Positions 9,949 to 19,570 of a stretch of 64,000 bases of DNA are shown here, in pieces; position 1 is the stretch's first letter; the number at the start of each line of letters is the position of its first letter. The stretch is from Blastocatellia bacterium. Its GTDB lineage: Bacteria > Acidobacteriota > Blastocatellia > UBA7656. The notes under the pieces were generated by a model, which worked only from the letters and a program-made list of their open reading frames with translations, did not search any database and had not been told where the DNA came from. The position numbers and the translations under genes were made by a program. The stretch spans positions 32,001-96,000 of the forward strand of contig CAVXWP010000012.1 in the NCBI GenBank assembly GCA_963765495.1, read 5' to 3'.

Positions 9949-11121
9949 TCAAACGGTCTCGATCAACCTTGTGACGAGCGCGGCGCGGCGAGCTATATCG
10001 CTGATTCGAATGTGTTCGTGTTCGGCGTGCGCCCCCGCCCCGTCAACACCAAGCCCGTCGAGAACGGGCGTCCCCAGCGCCGCAATAAAATTCCCGTCCG
10101 ACCCTCCCCCGACTGTACCTTCCTGGAGATCGTAGCCGATCTCGGCACCAAGCGCCCTTGCGTGATCGAAGAGCGCGGCAATCGCTTCCGTGCGAACCAT
10201 CGGGGGGCGATTTATTCCACCGCGCAACTCAAGGCTCGCCCCTTCAAGAACGGGGCGAAGCGCGCTCATCGCCTCAGTGACGCGGTTGCCTTCTTCGATT
10301 GTCCTGAACCGCATATCAATAGTGGCTCGCGCCTCGGCCGCCACAACATTCGACAGCACCCCGCCGCGAACTACGCCTACGTTGAGCGTAGTGCCCCGGT
10401 CATAATCGCCAATACGATTTATAGCGAGTATCTGGTGCGCCATCTCTGTGATCGCGCTTACGCCCGAGCGCGGGTCATTGCCTGCGTGAGCGGGCTTGCC
10501 TCGCGCTATCAACTCGAACTCGCCTATGCCTTTGCGCCCCGTCTTGACCGCGCCGCCCGGAATTGGGGGTTCAAGAACGAGCGCGGCTCTTGCTGCCCGG
10601 CCTTCCTCTTCGATAATCTCGCGCGAAAAATGGCTGCCTGTCTCTTCGTCACAGGTCATCAGGAAGGTCACGGGTCGGCGAGCAGTTCGTCGGGTCTCTT
10701 TGAGGGCGCGCATCGCAAAGACTGCTATCGCCACGCCTGCCTTCATATCGAATATGCCCGGACCGTAGGCCCTATCCCCTTCAACGCGAAAGGGGCGCGA
10801 GGCGAGCGTACCAAGAGGCCAGACCGTGTCGAGGTGACCGACTATGAGCAGGTGGTTTCCGCCTCCGGCTCTGTCGTCGGATGAGTTACAGGCGAAGCGG
10901 GCTCTGAGTGTCGCGCCGTAGAGCGGGTCGGCGAGCAGTTCGACATCGGCCCCCACGAGAGAGAGACGATACGCAAGATTTTCAGCTATGCGGCGATTGG
11001 CTTCGGCCTCACGCGACATGGATTCCTGTTCGACCAGCCACCGGATGAATTCCAGCATCTCGGATTGACTATGCTCAAAGTAATTCAGCAACTTTGCCGC
11101 GTCGGGATTTGCGGTTTCCAT
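9949..11121 (-). CDS. M20 family peptidase (glutamate carboxypeptidase-like)
   Basis: GHLDTV, GIFDMKAG, DEE, LEP, GGSDG and GAH motifs. Confidence 0.92.
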   Translation of the reverse strand: METANPDAAKLLNYFEHSQSEMLEFIRWLVEQESMSREAEANRRIAENLAYRLSLVGADVELLADPLYGATLRARFACNSSDDRAGGGNHLLIVGHLDTVWPLGTLASRPFRVEGDRAYGPGIFDMKAGVAIAVFAMRALKETRRTARRPVTFLMTCDEETGSHFSREIIEEEGRAARAALVLEPPIPGGAVKTGRKGIGEFELIARGKPAHAGNDPRSGVSAITEMAHQILAINRIGDYDRGTTLNVGVVRGGVLSNVVAAEARATIDMRFRTIEEGNRVTEAMSALRPVLEGASLELRGGINRPPMVRTEAIAALFDHARALGAEIGYDLQEGTVGGGSDGNFIAALGTPVLDGLGVDGAGAHAEHEHIRISDIARRAALVTRLIETV

Positions 11122-11169
11122 AAGACCAATATTTATCAGAGAGAGAAGCGCGAGCGCCAGCCCGCAAAT

Positions 11170-11218
11170 CGAAGCGCCGGGTTTCTTTCATTAGTCTTGA
11201 AAGAAACCCGGCGCTTTG
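11170..11218. terminator. Strong hairpin / probable terminator
   Basis: AAGCGCCGGGTTTCTTTCA ... TGAAAGAAACCCGGCGCTT inverted repeat just downstream of the 11243 gene. Confidence 0.6.
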
Positions 11219-11242
11219 ATCGAGCCTCGATAATGGGCGGAC

Positions 11243-11761
11243 TTATTTCTTGTTTAGCAGGCCGTCAATGATAGCCGACATATCGTTTACGAAATCCGAA
11301 TTGGGATTGAAGCCGCCACGAGGCTGGCCATACACCTGACCTTGCTGATTCACGACTACGATTGTAGGCATCACCTTGCCGCCATAGCTCTTAAATGCCG
11401 CCCGATTGGGATCGCGCAAAACGACTACCGAACCCGCGGGTCCGCACGGGCTGTTGAGCTTGGTGTTGCTCGCATCGGCTTCCGTGTCTATGCTGACCCA
11501 ATAGACCTGAACATCTTTGCCCTTGTATCTATCGGCCAGCGACGAAAGCGCTTTGAATTCGTCGCGGCATTGCGGGTCCTGTACCCCGCCGAACAGGAGA
11601 ACCACTACTTTCCCTTGCAGGCCGGATAAAGATACAGTCTGCCCATTCGGCATCATGAACTTGAGGTCCTGCTTCGCGCCCGCCGGTATAGCCAGGCAGG
11701 TTGCGATGACAAGTGAAAATATGATTGCCCTCAAGCTGCGAAATTTGTTTAACATCCTCAT
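11243..11761 (-). CDS. Exported thioredoxin-fold (TlpA/redoxin-like) protein lacking the first Cys of CxxC
   Basis: Signal peptide; VSLSGLQGKVVVLLF, DPQC in place of CxxC, cis-Pro motif MPT. Confidence 0.75.
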   Translation of the reverse strand: MRMLNKFRSLRAIIFSLVIATCLAIPAGAKQDLKFMMPNGQTVSLSGLQGKVVVLLFGGVQDPQCRDEFKALSSLADRYKGKDVQVYWVSIDTEADASNTKLNSPCGPAGSVVVLRDPNRAAFKSYGGKVMPTIVVVNQQGQVYGQPRGGFNPNSDFVNDMSAIIDGLLNKK

Positions 11762-11800
11762 CCCCTTTTCAGTTGTATAGACCTGAACTGGTCTCAGCCC

Positions 11801-11828
11801 TTAGATGCAGCCCCGCGCTCCAAAGTTC
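11801..11828 (-). promoter_or_regulatory. ECF (sigmaE/AlgU-like) promoter
   Basis: GAACTT-17nt-TCTAA on the minus strand, about 40 nt upstream of the 11761 start. Confidence 0.55.
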
Positions 11829-11959
11829 GATGCCGCATTTATTTATCGGGGCGCTTACATTTACGGTCTGGTTCAAAAAATAACCTGTTGGGCGAACACT
11901 TCAATTCTAGCAGGTCAGACCCATCTGTGACCAGTTGCGGCTCCGCAGATCAAAATCCG

Positions 11960-12688
11960 TCACCTGACGTTATTGTGTGAGTGGACACGTCTGCCTCGCA
12001 ACAACAGATACCCCGCGCCGACGACGACGGCCAGCGCCATAATCCCTATCAAGGCTAAAAACAATGTGTGCGAAGAAGAGGTTTCGCCTGTGGGCGATTC
12101 ACCATTTGCGATTGGCGGTCGCGATACCTGAGCGGCAAATGAGTTGAGGGCGCTCTCTGCGGCCGATGACGATTCATCGAAGTGCCGCGCATCATCGCTG
12201 AAGGTGAACAGGTATGTGCGTTTGTGCTCCTGAATCGGCACGTATGCCTGACGCGACTGCACAAGAGCGTCTCCCTGTTTGTAGGTCAGGTCCATCTGCA
12301 ATGCGTCAAAGCCTGAAACCTTGATCTTCTTACGATCAACGACACGGGCTGAACTGAGCCCACGATCTTCAAAGCCCGCTGTCAAATCAGATTCAATGGC
12401 CTTGATCTGATCCTCATCCAGACTGATCGCGTTGTCTAAAGCGGTCAGATTGATGACGGGTCGGGTGTTGTCTTCGCGCTTTGGGCCGAGGTATTGAACC
12501 AGCACATCCGAGCGGACGCCTTTGTCTTCGACCCAATCGGGCGGCGGCTGAAAGGAGATGCCGTATCGTTTGTTGGAATAGCGGGTATCCTGCGCCGAGG
12601 CTGTCGAAATACATAATACGGCTACGGCTACGACTATAACTACTTTCACGCCCTTTTGTTTCGCTATTTCCTTTGTGTGGAATTTCAT
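11960..12688 (-). CDS. Exported PsbP/DcrB-like protein with C-terminal membrane anchor
   Basis: Signal peptide, YGISFQPPPDW motif, C-terminal TM helix followed by RGRR. Confidence 0.6.
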   Translation of the reverse strand: MKFHTKEIAKQKGVKVVIVVAVAVLCISTASAQDTRYSNKRYGISFQPPPDWVEDKGVRSDVLVQYLGPKREDNTRPVINLTALDNAISLDEDQIKAIESDLTAGFEDRGLSSARVVDRKKIKVSGFDALQMDLTYKQGDALVQSRQAYVPIQEHKRTYLFTFSDDARHFDESSSAAESALNSFAAQVSRPPIANGESPTGETSSSHTLFLALIGIMALAVVVGAGYLLLRGRRVHSHNNVR

Positions 12689-12749
12689 TATTTATCTCTC
12701 CAGGCTCTTTCAGGTTGAAATGAGAGCGCGTTCGGCTTATACCAGAATT

Positions 12750-13331
12750 ATGATCTCAGCAGTGCTTCTGGCCGCGGGCCAGTCACGACGAATGGGCGAA
12801 TTCAAACAACTGCTCACCTTTGGCGGTAAGACTTTCGTCGAATGCTGCCTTGACAATCTGCTTCGATCTCGCGCGGGCGAGGTCATAGTCGTAACGGGTC
12901 ATCGCGCCGAGGATGTCCGCAAAGCCGCAGGCAATCGCCCCGTCAAATTCATTTACAATCCCGACTATCACGCTGGTATGAGCGCGTCTATCAAGCGAGG
13001 TATTGAGGCACTGGCAGACACGGCGGAGGCCGTGATGATTGCTCTTGTGGATCAGCCCCAGATCGGACCTGATGTCTGCAATCGGATCATCGAAGCATAC
13101 GAAAGACTGCGACCGCTCATTGTCGTACCTACTTTTAATGGTCGAAAAGGCCATCCCTTAATCCTGGATTTGAGTCTCAAAGCGCAAATCCTGGCTCTGG
13201 ACCCGGCGCAAGGATTGAGGCAGGTTGTCGAGGATCACAAGAGCCGGATTCATCATATTGAAGTTGCCACCGAAGATGTGTTGATAGACTGCGACTTTCC
13301 AGAAGATTATCGCCGCCTCTCCAATCGATGA
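12750..13331 (+). CDS. Molybdenum cofactor cytidylyltransferase-like nucleotidyltransferase (MocA/MobA family)
   Basis: LAAGQSRRMG..KQLL, NPDY..GMSASI, LVDQP, GHP and DCD motifs. Confidence 0.88.
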   Translation: MISAVLLAAGQSRRMGEFKQLLTFGGKTFVECCLDNLLRSRAGEVIVVTGHRAEDVRKAAGNRPVKFIYNPDYHAGMSASIKRGIEALADTAEAVMIALVDQPQIGPDVCNRIIEAYERLRPLIVVPTFNGRKGHPLILDLSLKAQILALDPAQGLRQVVEDHKSRIHHIEVATEDVLIDCDFPEDYRRLSNR

Positions 13332-13492
13332 TGATTACGCATCGCTGCAATTACAAAGCTACTTATTACCCAGCCTGATTACTTACTACCCGTTACTTAC
13401 TTCCCAACAGCAGAAAATGTACGCATCTTAAACGACGAAGAGGCCAAGACAAGTCTCGGCCTCTCCATAAATCCACTATGTTCGTTCGGCCT

Positions 13493-13861
13493 TTAGACAG
13501 CGATCTTTTCGGCCCTGTTTGCGCGCGATGCCGGTGTTTCAAAGGCAAGGACTCTGCCATTGCCTGATGCGGCGGCATATGCAGCCACGCGCTCGGCTCT
13601 AAGTTGCAGCGCATTAAGGGCGAGGCTCGATGCCAGCATATAGCTGTGGCCTCCGCACTGATGACAGTTGCCCGATGCGTCAAGATATGTTTTAACGGGG
13701 AGTTCGTTATCGCCAGAACAGTCGCCGCAGATTATCTGCACACCAAGAGTTGGTATTGGCGCTCGGGGCTGGGTCAACTGTGCGGCATCCGTTTTCCGGG
13801 TCTTCATAAATATCAAACTCAAAACCAGAGTCGTCACTGTTGCCGCAATAATAATCGCCAT
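13493..13861 (-). CDS. Small membrane-anchored Zn-ribbon protein
   Basis: N-terminal TM helix, CGDC...CHQC; AGGAGA SD. Confidence 0.7.
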   Translation of the reverse strand: MAIIIAATVTTLVLSLIFMKTRKTDAAQLTQPRAPIPTLGVQIICGDCSGDNELPVKTYLDASGNCHQCGGHSYMLASSLALNALQLRAERVAAYAAASGNGRVLAFETPASRANRAEKIAV

Positions 13862-13995
13862 ACTCTCTCCTTCTCTTTCTAATCCACCTTAACTTGCGAC
13901 CAACTGCTCGCCGCCTCTCTCCACTTTACGAACGAATCAACGACGAAGATTTGCTTTAATGAAATAAAATGCAAAGTATCGCCATATTTTCATAT

Positions 13996-14011
13996 AGCAA
14001 TGAGTATGCCA
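13996..14011 (-). promoter_or_regulatory. Sigma54 (-24/-12) promoter
   Basis: TGGCATACTCATTGCT with exact GG-N10-GC spacing, in an AT-rich intergenic region upstream of the 13861 gene. Confidence 0.65.
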
Positions 14012-14295
14012 TTAATGCCTTCCAGCGCCTTTAAACTTATGATTGTTCGTAAATTAGACTTTAAGAGAAGAATCCATCGTCTAAGCGGGAAATTTGCAGT
14101 AAAAGATGGGATAAAAATGCAAGATAACAGTACAAAGCCGTACCATATTGCATCACTGGCTAACCGGCAACCCTCCGGTCAAAATTCAAGTATCAGACAA
14201 GTTTGAACGAAGAATATCATCCTTGCAGTCAACCTGACTCAAAGGGGGGTAGATTTCGCGATATAAAAGGTTTCCGCCAGAGCGGCGGATCAGAA

Positions 14296-14553
14296 CTATG
14301 TTCGCCCGCGTAATTGACGCCAGATCAGGAGCAATATGATTGCGCCGGCCAGCGAAAGCAGAAAGCCGGCGGGTCTGAACCCAGTGCCTTCGTTTCTCCA
14401 GATCAAAGATGCGATGAATCCACCCAGGAGTGAGCCTCCGATTCCAAGCAGGGCGGTCATAAAACAGCCCATCGGATCACGTCCGGGAACGAGAAGCCGC
14501 GCAAGCCCTCCAATGATTACTCCAACTATCAGGGACCAGATTATCCACATCAT
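14296..14553 (-). CDS. GlsB/YeaQ/YmgE (transglycosylase-associated) membrane protein
   Basis: GGLARLLVPG...GIGGSLLGG; three TM helices; AAAGGAGA SD; upstream TTGACA-17-TAATAT. Confidence 0.9.
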   Translation of the reverse strand: MMWIIWSLIVGVIIGGLARLLVPGRDPMGCFMTALLGIGGSLLGGFIASLIWRNEGTGFRPAGFLLSLAGAIILLLIWRQLRGRT

Positions 14554-14663
14554 ACAGATTTCTCCTTTAGGCAGGATATCCAAGCCGTCACAGGTACTGC
14601 TCGATATTAGCCAGCGTAGCCGAGGGTGTCAATTAAATTGGAGTGTTGCGCCGGGGCGAGTAT

Positions 14664-15956
14664 TTACATGCCGCCGCGTTTGTTGAAAAGGCGAAAGGCG
14701 GTCGTGCGAATTACATCGGGAATATTCTTGTTTTTAGAGAGTACGCGCAGGTCGCGCGTTTGAATACGATTGATGAAACCCAGGCTGATCGATATTGGAG
14801 TGCGCGGATTGCGGACCAGATTATGCACTACCACATAAGATCGGGTCCATGCGCGACTGTGACCTATCTGTCTCAGCACCTCTTCGGGAACCGTCCTGAT
14901 CGAAGCGATGCTTTCGACCTCGGTGTCGGTCAAACGCGGATTGCGCAGGACGGCGGAAGCTACTATGCGGTTCGGGTCACGGACCAGAATCAACCTGGCC
15001 TCTCGCGTTCCCTTTATCGCAAGCATTACGCGGTCCTTGATACTCATCAAAGCGATTCGTTGAAAGACGGGCATCCGCTCAGGCAAAGAGTATCCTTCTT
15101 CGCTCCCCATCTCTTTTATTATCTCATCTACGTTGAATTGCTCGTCGGGAGTGGGTGGGACCAGATTAAATGGACCAAACTCGGTTTCGTATTCGGAGAA
15201 GATTAAGGCATCCTGCTCTGCATCCAATCCTTCTTCGATCAGCCCGAGACGCATCAGGTCTTCTATGCCTTCGATAAGGACGCGGGGGCCTGTGTCTGCG
15301 CTGGCAACGCGTTCGGCCTCGGCCTGTGTGCGCGCCCGTTGTTCTTCGGCAACCATCTGCGCGCCAAATTCTTTCTCGAAGAATTCCTGACGGACCTCGT
15401 TTGCGCGGCGTTCGGCTTCGGGCGTCCGGCGCGGATTGGCGAGAATCGCTTCTATAATTTCGGGCGAGCGAATCAGGCTCTGCTGCTTGAGCGATATCGT
15501 TTCGATGATCTGAGGATCGGGGCTTGCGGCTGCGAGTTGGGCCAGGGCTCCGTCCGGCGTCGAATGATTGAAGATTACAGTCTCGACCAGTTGGCGATTA
15601 GCACGCGGCCACAGACACAGGAATCCGAGCACATCAGCGCTTGATTGCGGGTCTGCGGCAAGCTCGATAAAGGAATTGGGATCGAGCCCGTCAACCGTTG
15701 TGGCCGCGATGTCGCGAATCTCCTGGCTCTCATCCGAGAGAAGCGCCACGAGTGCCTGAAGCATCTCTTCGGTTGTAAGCGGAACTATCCCACGGGCAGC
15801 CGCCAGCTTCATCGTCTGCGGAGCCTTGCCCGATACTATTGCTTCTATGATCTTGCTGGAAATGACTATTACTCCCGGTCTGACTGGCGTTCGATTGCAA
15901 AAGGCTATTTGTCTGGCTTTAAGGCAAAGCAAGCTTACTATAATCCGGTTGGGCAT
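14664..15956 (-). CDS. Hypothetical helical-repeat (HEAT/LRV-like) protein; start uncertain
   Basis: Long ORF with repeated NPxTP/NPRL motifs (NHSTP, NPRRTP, NPRLT, NPRTP). Confidence 0.7.
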   Translation of the reverse strand: MPNRIIVSLLCLKARQIAFCNRTPVRPGVIVISSKIIEAIVSGKAPQTMKLAAARGIVPLTTEEMLQALVALLSDESQEIRDIAATTVDGLDPNSFIELAADPQSSADVLGFLCLWPRANRQLVETVIFNHSTPDGALAQLAAASPDPQIIETISLKQQSLIRSPEIIEAILANPRRTPEAERRANEVRQEFFEKEFGAQMVAEEQRARTQAEAERVASADTGPRVLIEGIEDLMRLGLIEEGLDAEQDALIFSEYETEFGPFNLVPPTPDEQFNVDEIIKEMGSEEGYSLPERMPVFQRIALMSIKDRVMLAIKGTREARLILVRDPNRIVASAVLRNPRLTDTEVESIASIRTVPEEVLRQIGHSRAWTRSYVVVHNLVRNPRTPISISLGFINRIQTRDLRVLSKNKNIPDVIRTTAFRLFNKRGGM

Positions 15957-16001
15957 TCAATTACTTTTCCTCGCCGCCCCGAACCTGACAAAAGCTAATT
16001 A

Positions 16002-16030
16002 TTGACAAGAAATACCCCTCATATTAGACT
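16002..16030 (+). promoter_or_regulatory. Sigma70 promoter driving the riboswitch-SLT transcript
   Basis: TTGACA-17nt-TAGACT. Confidence 0.7.
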
Positions 16031-16063
16031 GTCAGGGTCGTAATAAGTTGTTTTGAACTGATA

Positions 16064-16270
16064 CCGATAAAGGCACACCAGGAGCGATCCTGGGTCGCAA
16101 AGCCAAGGCCTTTTGAGGGATGAGGGATGAGGGATGAGTGATGAAAAGGATTTTGAGGAAACATTCCAGTAATTGGTTCAACCCATTTACTGGCTCGCGT
16201 CTTTAGAGTCTTTTTCATCCCTCATCCCTCATCCCTCATCCCTCCGGAGGATGTCTGGCCGCCGAAGTCG
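16064..16270 (+). ncRNA. c-di-GMP-I (GEMM) riboswitch with a large insertion in P3
   Basis: P1 CGAT/GTCG; AAAGGCACAC; P2 CCAGGA-GCGA-TCCTGG; GTCGCAAAGCCA; 3' TGGCCGCCGAA. P3 is extended by a repeat hairpin at 16115-16244. Confidence 0.8.
16115..16244. repeat. Inverted heptamer array (GAGGGAT)n ... (ATCCCTC)n inside the riboswitch
   Basis: GAGGGAT x3 + GAGTGAT on the left, ATCCCTC x4 on the right; the inner spacer carries its own hairpin CCAGTAATTGG/CCATTTACTGG. Confidence 0.92.
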
Positions 16271-16426
16271 AGGTTGAAAACGGCTCCCTCCCGGGTTTTC
16301 AACTCCGCCTGGTTATAGTTCCCCGATGTAGCGAGTCTTGAAATTCGCTTTCAACAAACGGCATCGCAAGTCCCTGCTTTTGCGCTGCCTTTGGCTAAAC
16401 ATCTAGCCCCAAGTATCGGAGGAGAT

Positions 16427-17284
16427 ATGAGGACTCTTATAATCTTGCTCGCAGTGATTCTGGTTGGAGTCACGACGAGCGAAGCTCGCGCGCAGGAAGC
16501 GAGCGAATCTTTTAATGCCGAGGCTGCCGCAGTCCTGAAGCCCACGCCTATGATGGTCGCTTACGGTAACGCGGCTCCGGTTGAGAAAGAGAAAAACAAG
16601 TTACCCGCCACGCCGGACGGCAAAGCAGGATTGGCAAAGGATGGCGCGGGAAAAGATGTTGCCGGAAAAGTCGCCACGGGGAAACCCGATGAAGCAGGCA
16701 CTCAAGCTCCGACTGCTCCGCCGCAACAGCCGGTCATTTTGTCGGCCGCCCGCTCAAATACGCAATCATCGAATGTCCCGCTCCAATCTACGGGCAATCC
16801 CGCCTATGACGACCTGGTGATGAAGGCGGCGGCTCGCCACGGCGTAGACCCGAACCTCATCTTTTCGGTCATGCATCAGGAATCGGGATTTAATCCCCGC
16901 GCCCGTTCCTACAAAGGCGCGTCGGGGCTTATGCAGTTGATGCCGGCGACGGCGCGCCGCTTTGGCGTGACCAATATCTTCGACCCGGCACAAAACATTG
17001 ACGCGGGAGCCCGTTATCTTCGACTCCTGCTCGATATGTTCGACGACGATGTAGAGCTTGCGCTTGCGGGCTACAACGCGGGTGAAAACGCCGTGGTCAA
17101 ATCGGGATTCCGCGTTCCGCGTTATCGAGAGACTCAGGATTACGTGCGTATAATTTCATCCAGATACGGGTCGGATAAGCACAGGGGAAACAAGAAAACC
17201 CCGGCCGGTCCCGTAAAGCCTTCGGCCCCGGCAGCCGTCGCCTTTGGCGCGGGGGCAAGCAGTCGTCTTTCAAACAATTACTGA
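16427..17284 (+). CDS. Lytic transglycosylase (SLT domain), exported
   Basis: Signal peptide; catalytic QES, GLMQL, AGYNAG and ETQDYV motifs; GGAGGAG SD. Confidence 0.93.
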   Translation: MRTLIILLAVILVGVTTSEARAQEASESFNAEAAAVLKPTPMMVAYGNAAPVEKEKNKLPATPDGKAGLAKDGAGKDVAGKVATGKPDEAGTQAPTAPPQQPVILSAARSNTQSSNVPLQSTGNPAYDDLVMKAAARHGVDPNLIFSVMHQESGFNPRARSYKGASGLMQLMPATARRFGVTNIFDPAQNIDAGARYLRLLLDMFDDDVELALAGYNAGENAVVKSGFRVPRYRETQDYVRIISSRYGSDKHRGNKKTPAGPVKPSAPAAVAFGAGASSRLSNNY

Positions 17285-17465
17285 GCAACGTATGCTTCCC
17301 CCAAAAGGCGCGGAGAGAGCAGAGTCAAGGCCCGGCTCGTCTCCGCGCTTTCGCCGTCTGTCCTTCTCCCGGCCTCTTGATATAGACTGCAAAAAGCGTT
17401 ACGGCTATAATGCAGGCTTGAATTAGGGGTGGCCCTCTAAAAATCCCCCGCATCGGCTGATCGTT

Positions 17466-19526
17466 ATGCGCAAATCACCACGCAACAAATTAGTAGTAGG
17501 CGTGATTGTCACTGCGCTGGTTTTTTGTCTTTCGGCCCGGCCTACGCTAAACGCGGCTGACCCGGAAGCCTCATCCGCGCACAGCCCGCGTTCGCTTGCC
17601 GAAAACCTGTTCCAGTACGCGACCGGGCTCAAGAAGGCGCTACACGACCGACCGCTTGAAGAGCGGAGCGAAAGCGACTATCTTCGCGCCCTTGACGCAT
17701 ACGGACAGGTAATCAGGCTCAACACCGACTCATTTTTTTCCGCCGAATCGCTTGCGCGCCGCGCAGAACTTCAACGCGAGATCGCCGATGCTACGGGCGA
17801 TTCCGCTCTTTATCTGGAAGCCATAGAATCGTTTCGCAGAATCGTAAACGAACGCCCGCAGAGCACCTTCGTCGGAGACGCGCTGATCAACATCGCTCAA
17901 ATATATGAAGAGAATCTGCAGGACCTGGATGGCGCAGCGGCAGCCTACAAAGAGATGATCGCCCACTTCCCTTCCTCGGTGCTGGCGCGCGAGGCCAGCG
18001 CCGTGCTCGCAAGATTCGAAGCGCACCTCGGCGATCACCCCGTTGATGTTCTGGTCTCTGCCGATCAGACTCAACCAAACGCCAACAGGTTTGGGCCGGA
18101 ACGAGGGGCGCAGCTTACAAACGTGCGCAACTTCACCGGACCCGACTACGCCCGCGTGGTCATAGACCTGTCAAAGGGGGCCGAATACGCGGGCGGGCGC
18201 GCGGGCAACAATCACTTGAGCCTTCGATTGAGCGATGCTCGCATCTCGCCTTCACTCTATGGCCGCCGGTTCATCGTGAGCGAATCGAGTCTTTTGAGAA
18301 GAATAACCGTGGCCGAAGGCGCAAATAATCCTTCGACACACGCTCTCTCGGAAGGGGTGCAGATTGATTTAGAGGTCGCATCGCTTGCGGAGTATTCCAT
18401 CTTTCGGCTGTCAAACCCCGAACGCATAGTCATAGACATTCACGCCGAGGGCGCTGCCTCCGAGCCTCTTTATGTAGCGAGAGGAGGAGCGGCAAACCGA
18501 GGCGTCACCCGTCCTGCCGAAGATGCGGACGAAGAAAATTCCGCGCCCGATGCTTCATCCGGCAACGTGACGGCACGCGCGGGCAGTTCACGCGCGTGGC
18601 GCACGCAGAAACCTCTGTTTGCGCTGCCCGAAATCACCGAGCCTATATTGCCTTACGATCCATCGAGTTCGGCAAGCGGCGCAAGCGGCCAGTTAGAGGC
18701 TAAGATTGACGCAGACCTTTCGCAGACGCCCATCAAATGCATAGTGATTGATCCGGGTCACGGCGGCCACGATACGGGCACGATAAGCTCGAACGGCATG
18801 TGCGAGAAAGACCTTGTGCTCGATGTAGCGCGGCGATTAAAGGCTTATGTCAAACGGAAGTACCCGGATGTCGAAGTTATATTGACCCGCGACAGCGACC
18901 GCTTTGTAGCTCTTGAGCAGCGAACGGCGATAGCCAATTCGCGCCGGGCCGATCTGTTTATATCCATTCACGCAAACGCAAGCCCCTCGCGCGTGGCCTC
19001 CGGCGTAGAGACTTATTTCATGAGTCCCGACCGCGCGCCTGATGAAGACCTTGAGACGGCCAATCGCGAAAACACCAAAATGGCCGATGAGAAGACCGAA
19101 AAACGAGACACCAGCGTCAAGCCCATCGTCGCGAGCGTTTCGGCAGGCGGGCGCGTAGCCGCATCGCGAGAGCTTGCGCGATATATTCAAGCGGGGCTTG
19201 TTCGCGGCATAGGCGCGCAATCTCCGCGCACGGCGGCCAATCGCGGAGTGAAACACGCGCCTTTTGTCGTGCTGCTCGGAGCGGTGATGCCAAGCGTTCT
19301 TGCCGAAATCTCTTTCCTCTCAAATCCACGCGACGAAGAGTTGCTCAAGACATCCGCGTTCCGCGAGCGAATTGCGGCCTCTTTGTTTGCCGGATTGAAC
19401 TCTTACCTGAAGAAGAATCGCCCCGCCGAATCAAGAAACGACGCAAAGAATGACGCAAAGAGCGAGGCGAAAAAAGAGACGAAAAAACCTGACCCGGACA
19501 CAAAGAAAACGGGCAGCGAAGAATGA
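17466..19526 (+). CDS. N-acetylmuramoyl-L-alanine amidase (Amidase_3) with N-terminal TPR and AMIN domains
   Basis: IDPGHGG, EKD, SIHAN and LAE motifs; RVVIDL/RIVIDI AMIN motifs; upstream TAGACT-17-TATAAT promoter. Confidence 0.92.
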   Translation: MRKSPRNKLVVGVIVTALVFCLSARPTLNAADPEASSAHSPRSLAENLFQYATGLKKALHDRPLEERSESDYLRALDAYGQVIRLNTDSFFSAESLARRAELQREIADATGDSALYLEAIESFRRIVNERPQSTFVGDALINIAQIYEENLQDLDGAAAAYKEMIAHFPSSVLAREASAVLARFEAHLGDHPVDVLVSADQTQPNANRFGPERGAQLTNVRNFTGPDYARVVIDLSKGAEYAGGRAGNNHLSLRLSDARISPSLYGRRFIVSESSLLRRITVAEGANNPSTHALSEGVQIDLEVASLAEYSIFRLSNPERIVIDIHAEGAASEPLYVARGGAANRGVTRPAEDADEENSAPDASSGNVTARAGSSRAWRTQKPLFALPEITEPILPYDPSSSASGASGQLEAKIDADLSQTPIKCIVIDPGHGGHDTGTISSNGMCEKDLVLDVARRLKAYVKRKYPDVEVILTRDSDRFVALEQRTAIANSRRADLFISIHANASPSRVASGVETYFMSPDRAPDEDLETANRENTKMADEKTEKRDTSVKPIVASVSAGGRVAASRELARYIQAGLVRGIGAQSPRTAANRGVKHAPFVVLLGAVMPSVLAEISFLSNPRDEELLKTSAFRERIAASLFAGLNSYLKKNRPAESRNDAKNDAKSEAKKETKKPDPDTKKTGSEE

Positions 19527-19570
19527 CGCTGATGATCGTTGTAGACTTGTGATCGTTATAGACTCGTCGC

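Noticed and set aside
13971-13985. Second sigma54 box TGGCGATACTTTGC (minus strand)
   Set aside because: GG-to-GC spacing is 9, not 10.
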